A stretch of DNA of 63,725 nucleotides, the filler included, from Thraustochytrium aureum (Eukaryota): the NCBI GenBank assembly GCA_012862495.1. It is 6 parts of 3 records of this genome, joined end to end, with 100 filler letters (N's around TTAATTAATTAA, not from the genome) between each part and the next. Parts side by side here need not be neighbours in the genome. Positions count along the whole stretch, not along the records: positions 44,281 to 58,232 come from BLSG01000444.1; positions 58,333 to 63,725 come from BLSG01000444.1; 4 more parts are not named here. One strand, 5' to 3'. The stretch's first letter is position 1, and every line of letters begins with the position of its first letter. Positions 57,621 to 63,725 of this stretch are shown one piece after another. The translations under genes and the position numbers were made by a program. The notes below the pieces were generated by a model. That model saw only the letters and a program-made list of their open reading frames with translations. It did not search any database and had not been told where the DNA came from.

Positions 57621-58232
57621 TCAAATGCGGCTCTGCTGCGCGGCCTCACTTCGCGCGTCCAGTACAAGCGCCACTGCCTCGCTCGCCATCTGCTGGACGA
57701 TCGTGGCAGCGGGTATGAGACGATCAATGCGGCCGATGTTTTGCCCAGCAACGTAGGCCTGCACGTCCTCAACATAGTCGCTGTCGTCCCCCGAGTGCAG
57801 TTTCCAGCACCCGTCGGCCCAGGCGCGCTTGGCAACCATAGCAGAGTTGTCCTCGAGGAGTCTCGGGTCGTCCTCAAACTTTGAAACGTAGGGATTGCGC
57901 AGCACGCGGAGCCGCGCTCCGGTAAACGCCTTGGTCACAGTCGTCTCGTCGCTTGTCGCCTGCAAGAGGCGCTGCTTGTACTTTGGGTGCGTCTGCGCCT
58001 CTGGGGTCATCATGAACCGCGTCCCGACCCAGACGCCGCTCGCTCCGTACGCGAGCGCGGATGCGACTCCGCGCCCGTCGCAGATCCCGCCGGCAGCAAC
58101 CACTGGCACGCGGTGCCCAACCGCGTCGACGACCTGCGGCAGCAGGACCGACAGGGCCACCTCGCCCGTGTGGCCACCTGCCTCGTAGCCCTGAACAATA
58201 ACAAAGTCCACCCCAGCCTCGACCGCGTTGAT
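57621..58232 (-). CDS. Nitronate monooxygenase / FabK-like FMN TIM-barrel enzyme (5' partial)
   Basis: AGVDFVIVQGYEAGGH, PVVAAGGICDGRG, GASGVWVGTRF, AGQNIGRI. Confidence 0.9.
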   Translation of the reverse strand: MNAVEAGVDFVIVQGYEAGGHTGEVALSVLLPQVVDAVGHRVPVVAAGGICDGRGVASALAYGASGVWVGTRFMMTPEAQTHPKYKQRLLQATSDETTVTKAFTGARLRVLRNPYVSKFEDDPRLLEDNSAMVAKRAWADGCWKLHSGDDSDYVEDVQAYVAGQNIGRIDRLIPAATIVQQMASEAVALVLDARSEAAQQSRI

Positions 58233-58332
58233 NNNNNNNNNNNNNNNNNNNNNNNNNNNNNNNNNNNNNNNNNNNNTTAATTAATTAANNNNNNNNNNNN
58301 NNNNNNNNNNNNNNNNNNNNNNNNNNNNNNNN
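58233..58332. other. Artificial contig linker
   Basis: 44 N + TTAATTAATTAA + 44 N. Confidence 0.97.
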
Positions 58333-58333
58333 G

Positions 58334-58996
58334 TCCGCCGCGAGCGCGCTGCAGGAGCAGCTCGTCTTGGCACTGCCAGCGGCCCGGCAGGCGCTCACGA
58401 GCGTCGACAAGCTCCACTTTACGCTCGCGGTGTACAGCGTACAAGAGGAAGGCGCCGTCGCGCTAGAGTCGGAAGGTGGGAGCCTGGCTAGCAATCCGAG
58501 GGCGACCTGCGCAGGGACGCTTGACCAGCTCAGATCAGCGGTGGAAGGCCTGACTCGCGTACTTGCGCAAACATATCCCGATGAAGGGCCTCGGGTCCTG
58601 CTGGAAACGCTCGGCCACTTTGACGGACGCGTGGTGTTCTTGGGCCCGCAGCATGGCACGCTGAGCACGATGCTCTTGCACGAGTTGGCCGCGAACGTGC
58701 GGAGCGCGCTCGACAGGGCAGGGTTTACGTCGATTGGGCCCGCCTTCGTTCCCCATGCAACGCTTCTAAAGACGTCCAATGTGAGAAGGAATCGCGAGCT
58801 CTGCGGAGCGATCCGCAACCACGTCTTGGCCACACTTGACCCGACCTCGCCCTCGCGCGCGGTGCTTGAGCGCGACTCGTGGGGCGCCGAGCAGCTCATT
58901 CCCTGTATCGAACTCTGCGCGATGAGCAGCACGAGCGAGGGCGGATTCTACAAGGTCGAAGCAACCTGCCCCTTCCCGATGCGCGAAAACCCATAG
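58334..58996 (+). CDS. AKAP7/ASCC1-like 2H phosphoesterase domain (5' partial)
   Basis: Two HxT motifs (KLHFTL, FVPHATLLK) and terminal IELCAM...GGFYKV. Confidence 0.8.
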   Translation, partial: SAASALQEQLVLALPAARQALTSVDKLHFTLAVYSVQEEGAVALESEGGSLASNPRATCAGTLDQLRSAVEGLTRVLAQTYPDEGPRVLLETLGHFDGRVVFLGPQHGTLSTMLLHELAANVRSALDRAGFTSIGPAFVPHATLLKTSNVRRNRELCGAIRNHVLATLDPTSPSRAVLERDSWGAEQLIPCIELCAMSSTSEGGFYKVEATCPFPMRENP

Positions 58997-59500
58997 ACAG
59001 ACAAGACCAGTTGGTTCTTCGCGAAAAACATCGCCAGCAGCCTGGCAGGTGCCCAACTCCTCGGCCACGCCCGTGCGCCCAGTTTCTCGCTCGCGGCAGG
59101 CCCAACGACGCGTGGCAAAGCGCGCAGGGGTTGACTTTAGCATCAAGAGCGAGGAGTCGGGTCCAGCGAGTCCTCGCGACAGCGGAGCGCAATTGGCATG
59201 CATGCAATCAATCAGTCAGCCCGCGGGGGTCCTGTGCGCAGCCCACATCCACGCCCTCGCGGGCCACGAGCCGTCGGCGGACGGCACGGCATGCCACAGT
59301 TCTTGATCAATCAAAAAATGTCCATGTCACCCAAATTGTTGGAAAACCGCCTCAAACACCTGTGGACATACCTACTCAGTACGCTCCGCTCTGCTCTCCC
59401 CAGCACCCAAACGCGGAGGCACGCGGGCCGCATGCGGGCGCGCCCTTGCTGCCCACAGCGCGCCCGCGGTGAGGACTGACTGCGCGGCGAACGGCGCGCG

Positions 59501-62500
59501 ATGGATTCTGGCACGACAGCGGCATGTGGAATGGGCTTTGACGCAAACGTCGCCGACAAGCCCGCTTTGCGGTCGGCCGCGTGGCGCGATGGACTGGCCG
59601 CAGGGCCGCCAGCGCCTCCGCGGCGCCCTCTGAGCGCTGAGGAGGCTTGGCTGGACGAGGTGGACTGGTCGCAAGAAGAGCGCCAAGCAATGGTGCTCGA
59701 CGTGGCGCGGACGAGAACTCCAAACTCGCCGTCCAGGACGCCTCGAGCTGCCAGCAAGCGTTCACAACCAAGCCTGGGGTGCGACGACTCGCCCTCGTCG
59801 GTCTCAGAGAGCGTCTTGGCCGCCGTGCGCAGCATCGAGGCGGTACTTGGTAGACGCGGCACCGCGCACTCGGGCTCGACGACACCTTCGCCCGGGCCGG
59901 CTACGCCACCGCGCCAATCGACCAAGCGCTTCCTCACGCCGAGGAGAAGCACGCTCCACGACCCCGAAACTTCTCAGGACTCATTCAGGAGTGGCGACAG
60001 CGCCTGGGGCGCCGCGGTGGACTGGGAAGGGCTCGAGCAGGAGTGTTTGGGCAAATCGTCCGCGAAGCCCAACACAAAGTCCAGCTCGATAACGCGCTCC
60101 GCCTCTGCTCCCGCCTCTTCCTCAAGTCAGCAGGATCTGTTACTGTCTCCGCGCCCCTCGCCGCCGCCTTCTCCGGGGCATCCGGCTTCGAAGAGGCAGC
60201 GTGGACCTCGTCCAGACGCACCTTTCGTCATCAGAGAGCTTGGCGCGACGGGCTGCGAGGCCCGCCGCGATGACTCTGCGAGGGCCATCGATTCGAGCGC
60301 CCCACCGCGCACCGCCTTGCCTTGCACGGCCTCGGCACTGATCACAGCGGGAGAGGACGAATTGCTTGCGAGAGCGGCCAATGCCCGTGAAGGCACGGCG
60401 CCGACTGATCGGCCGTGCGCCAGCCACGGCTCTGGCGCGCCCACAGCGGTCCTACCTGATTCAAAGCGGGCGGTTCCAACGGGCTTGCCCGGCCTTCCAC
60501 CAACTCCGCCTCGCCCCGTCGACGCCTTGGGGACGGAGAGCCGCCAGCCAGCGTACGTCTCCAAGAGGTCTGAAAAGGCCACAGTAGGCCGACGCCTGGC
60601 CGAAATGACCAGCCAGGACTTGACCGCTGCGCTCCACGCGCTGGCTTTGGAAGCCCGCAAGCGGTGCGAGGGGACACCGGCGGCGCGTGACCTTGGCAAA
60701 CTGGCGCGGTTCGTCACCACATGCGCGCCGCGCCTCAAAGAGTACCAAAAGGTTGGCGTGGCTCGCGCCCTAGCGCTTGACTGCAGAGCCCTCATCTACG
60801 ATGAAATGGGGCTCGGCAAGACCCTCCAAGCGCTGTTTTGCATGGCCGTGACCTGCTTTGCCAAGGGAACCTGGCCCGCGCTCATCGTCGCCCCCGCTTC
60901 GCTGCGAATGACCTGGTTTGAGGAGCTGGAGAAGTGGGTGCCGAGCCTCGGGCTTGGCCAGGTCGCTGTCATCAAGAACAGCAGGTCGCCTGTGCCCCAA
61001 GATGCCAAGGTCGTTATTTGTAGCTATCGCATGGTGGACCCGCTCAAGCCCGAGCTCCTCGCGCGCCGATTCTCGTTCATTATCGCCGACGAGGTCCACA
61101 AAACGCGTACGCACAACTCCCAGCAAACGCTCGCGCTCTGCGCCCTGGCCGCGCATTGTGAGCGCGTTCTGCTCTTGACGGGGACGCCCATGCTCATCCG
61201 CCCCTTTGAGATTTTCGCCCAGCTGCAAATGGTATTGGAGCCTGCAGACAAGGACATGCTCGTGCCCGGATGGGGAGAACCGGCTGTGCTCCAGGCCAAC
61301 CAAAGGCTGGCCCAAGGTCGAGAGGACGGCGCTGAGGACGGCCAACCGTGGACACCGGGCGACGAGGTCGACGCGTGCAACCTTCGCTCCGTTTTGGTGC
61401 GCCCTTTAGACCACTTGAGCGACATACTCGTCTTGGTCGGCCGCGAGAGCGAGCCATGGGTCTCTGCAGTGCTGCGTGCGCTGAGCCCCTCTCAGCGTCG
61501 AGCGACGGCCTCCGGCGCGCTCGACCTGCAGTGGCTCTGGAAGGTGGTTGACGAGGGGTCGCGCTCAGGGCTCATCGCTGCGCTTGACGCTTTGCTCGAG
61601 GAGCTCTGCTCGATGATTCGGGCCAAGTTTGTCGGAAAGAGCGCAGACTTGCGTCGCGAATTCGCTCCCTTGTTCGGGCGTATCTTGGCTGGCGCAAAGC
61701 CCGGCGTGAGCCTCGACCGGCTCCGGCAACGAATTGCGCGCTGCACTCGGGCCTGGCAGCTGCTCAAGACGGCGTTCCCCGACGCCGGGCTTGCGCATGC
61801 AATAGCACACGCGTGGGATGCGCACCGCTTTGGGGTCGCCTACTGCGGCGGCTCGCGAAAGCCTGTCGTGGTCCGAGGCCGCGTCGTGCGAGACGGCTGG
61901 GACTATAGCAGGTGCACCAAGTCCAAGCAAGCGCAACTCCGCGACATTATATCGCCATACATAATCAGACGGCGCAAAGGAGACGTCTTGGGCGACCTCC
62001 CCGCAAAGCGCCGCAGTGTTGTTCTCGTGCAGCTCTCGGCGTCAACCACCCCAAGCGAGGCGTCGACAACGGCCAGCTTGCCCAGCGCGCCGCATTTGCG
62101 CGACGCCGCCGTGGAGCAAAACCTCAAACTGGGCGAGTCGCGGCGCGAGCTTGGCGCTCTATCAATGTCAAACAACGCTCTGCCGTCCGAATTGACCTGG
62201 GAGCTGCTCCGCCTCGGGGTCGCCAAAGCGCCCCTCATCGCAGAGTACCTCATTGAGCTACTCGACAACCTTGACGAGTCGGAGCGCGTGCTTGTCTTTG
62301 CTCACCACATCAAGGTTTTGCGTTTCGTTCACGCCGCGCTGCTCGCCAAGCGTGGCAGCAACCCCGCCCGCGAGGAGTTTCGCCGCTATGGAAGCGCGAT
62401 GCTTTGCGGGGACGTTCCTGCCTCGGAGCGGGACCGGGTCGTACAGAGCTTTCAGACGGATGAGGCGCACGGTCCCCGAGTGCTGGTCATGTCGATGATG

Positions 62501-63725
62501 GCCATGGGGACAGGCTTTACGCTGACGCGCAGCTCGTTCGTGATTATGTGCGAGCTGCACTGGTCGCCTCAACTCCTCCCTACAAGCCGAAGACCGCGCG
62601 CACCGCATCGGCCAAAAGGACTCGGTCTGCGTACAGTACATGCTCGCAGAGGATTCGCTTGACACAAATCTCTGGCCGCTGCTCTCGTCGCGCTTGGAGC
62701 GGATGGAGAGCACGATAGTTGCGTCCCGCGGTCGCGAGGCCGGCTCCAAAGGCCGATCGCGCGAGCAGGCGTCCGAAAACCTCGAAAACCGCCGTTCACG
62801 AGAGGAGGCCTGTCGGGCCGATGCCTCTTCCCCGCTTGGCTCGACGCCGTGCTCGGCCCGCTCGGCGAGCTGGCCAGGGAGGCGGCACAGGAAGACGGTG
62901 GGTTTACTGGCGAGCTGGCAGAGGTCGCAGGTGGAGCAAGGACCGACAGCCGACTCGCCTTTGCGGTCTCCCCGACCAACCGGGTCCACCTGTACGCCCG
63001 GCTGTCGGAGCGTGAGCGAGACTACATCGCGTCCAAGGACGAATGCGCCGAGCGGCCCGCCGAGTTTGTTTCGTTGCAAGAGAACTTTGCCATGGCGGAC
63101 CTTCGCGTTGTTGCGCAAGACTGGGTCGACCGGCTTGCCGCTGGAACGGCCGCAGAGGACGACGTTGGATTGGCGGGCCTGCTTGGGCGGCTCCCGCCTC
63201 GCTTGCGCATCCCCACAGGTCGGGCCTTTTGCCGCGCGCAAGCTTTCGTGGAGGAGTGGCTCGAAATGTCGGCTGTGTCCCGAAACAAACTCCTGGCTTT
63301 AGGGCGCCCGCTCCAAGTTCCCCTTGGCCAGCTGTTGCGCTCGGGTGAGTCAGAGGCCTCGATGCTCAACTTTGCGCGAGCGTGCAACCCGGTTTTCCAA
63401 ATGCACCGCTCTGCGATGCAGGCTTTGGGATCGGGCAACTATGAGGTGGCTTTCGTCAGGTTTCTGAAAAGCGCGCAAAATGCGATCCGGAGCGCCCCGC
63501 GCGAACGCGGGTGCCTTCAGCAGGCGTTCGACCCCGCCTCGGGTAGCCCGCTGTGCCTTTATTGCGGCTCGATGTATGGTGGGGCTGGGCACCGGCTTGA
63601 GCCGCGACGACGCCAGAGCAGGTCGTTGGACGCCGCTTCCGAGAATAGCGAGACTCTGGCGACCGCACGCTCCACACGCCCCGCACGTAGGGAATCGGGT
63701 GGCGCGATCGCCACGATTTCTATAA
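59501..63725 (+). CDS. ZRANB3: SNF2-family annealing helicase/endonuclease ZRANB3-like (3' end beyond window)
   Basis: DEMGLGKT, IADEVH, LLTGTP, VLVFAHH, QAEDRAHRIGQ (after an indel at about 62580). The frame open from about 62820 to the window end gives FAVSPTNRVHLY, FVEEWLEMSAVSRNKL and QQAFDPASGSPLCLYC, matching ZRANB3 C-terminal motifs. Confidence 0.85.

Noticed and set aside
57621..58996. Functional linkage of the NMO and 2H phosphoesterase genes
   Set aside because: They are separated by an artificial linker, divergently oriented and both truncated; adjacency is unproven.
1..63725. tRNA, rRNA or intact mobile elements
   Set aside because: None recognisable by eye; tRNAscan-SE, Infernal and RepeatModeler would be needed to exclude them.

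Overview
Eukaryotic, high-GC, intron-poor nuclear DNA. It consists of six scaffold pieces joined by five artificial 100-nt linkers (44 N + TTAATTAATTAA + 44 N), with additional internal N gaps. By inference it is a labyrinthulomycete/thraustochytrid-like stramenopile: fungal-type FAS, class C GPCRs, a TIR relic and short GTAAGT...CTRAY...AG introns all fit, but the species cannot be determined. Recognisable genes: XPG/RAD2, a tubby-like protein, an LCAT/PSAT-like acyltransferase, RPA3, NDUFS8, eIF5B, an RCC1-repeat protein, a rhomboid protease, a nitronate monooxygenase-like flavoprotein, an AKAP7-like 2H phosphoesterase and ZRANB3. Many genes carry single-base indels, most likely sequencing errors. 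Most unusual observations: (1) a ~2,200-aa class C (GABA-B-type) GPCR whose ectodomain begins with tandem bacterial pullulanase X25-like modules; (2) a spliced TMEM65-GAF fusion; (3) two decayed, inverted fragments of type I FAS fused back-to-back directly upstream of the acyltransferase; (4) a TIR-domain pseudogene not visible in the ORF track; (5) a coiled-coil protein with a dynein-adaptor CC1-box-like motif. All family assignments are by eye from remembered motifs; no searches were run.
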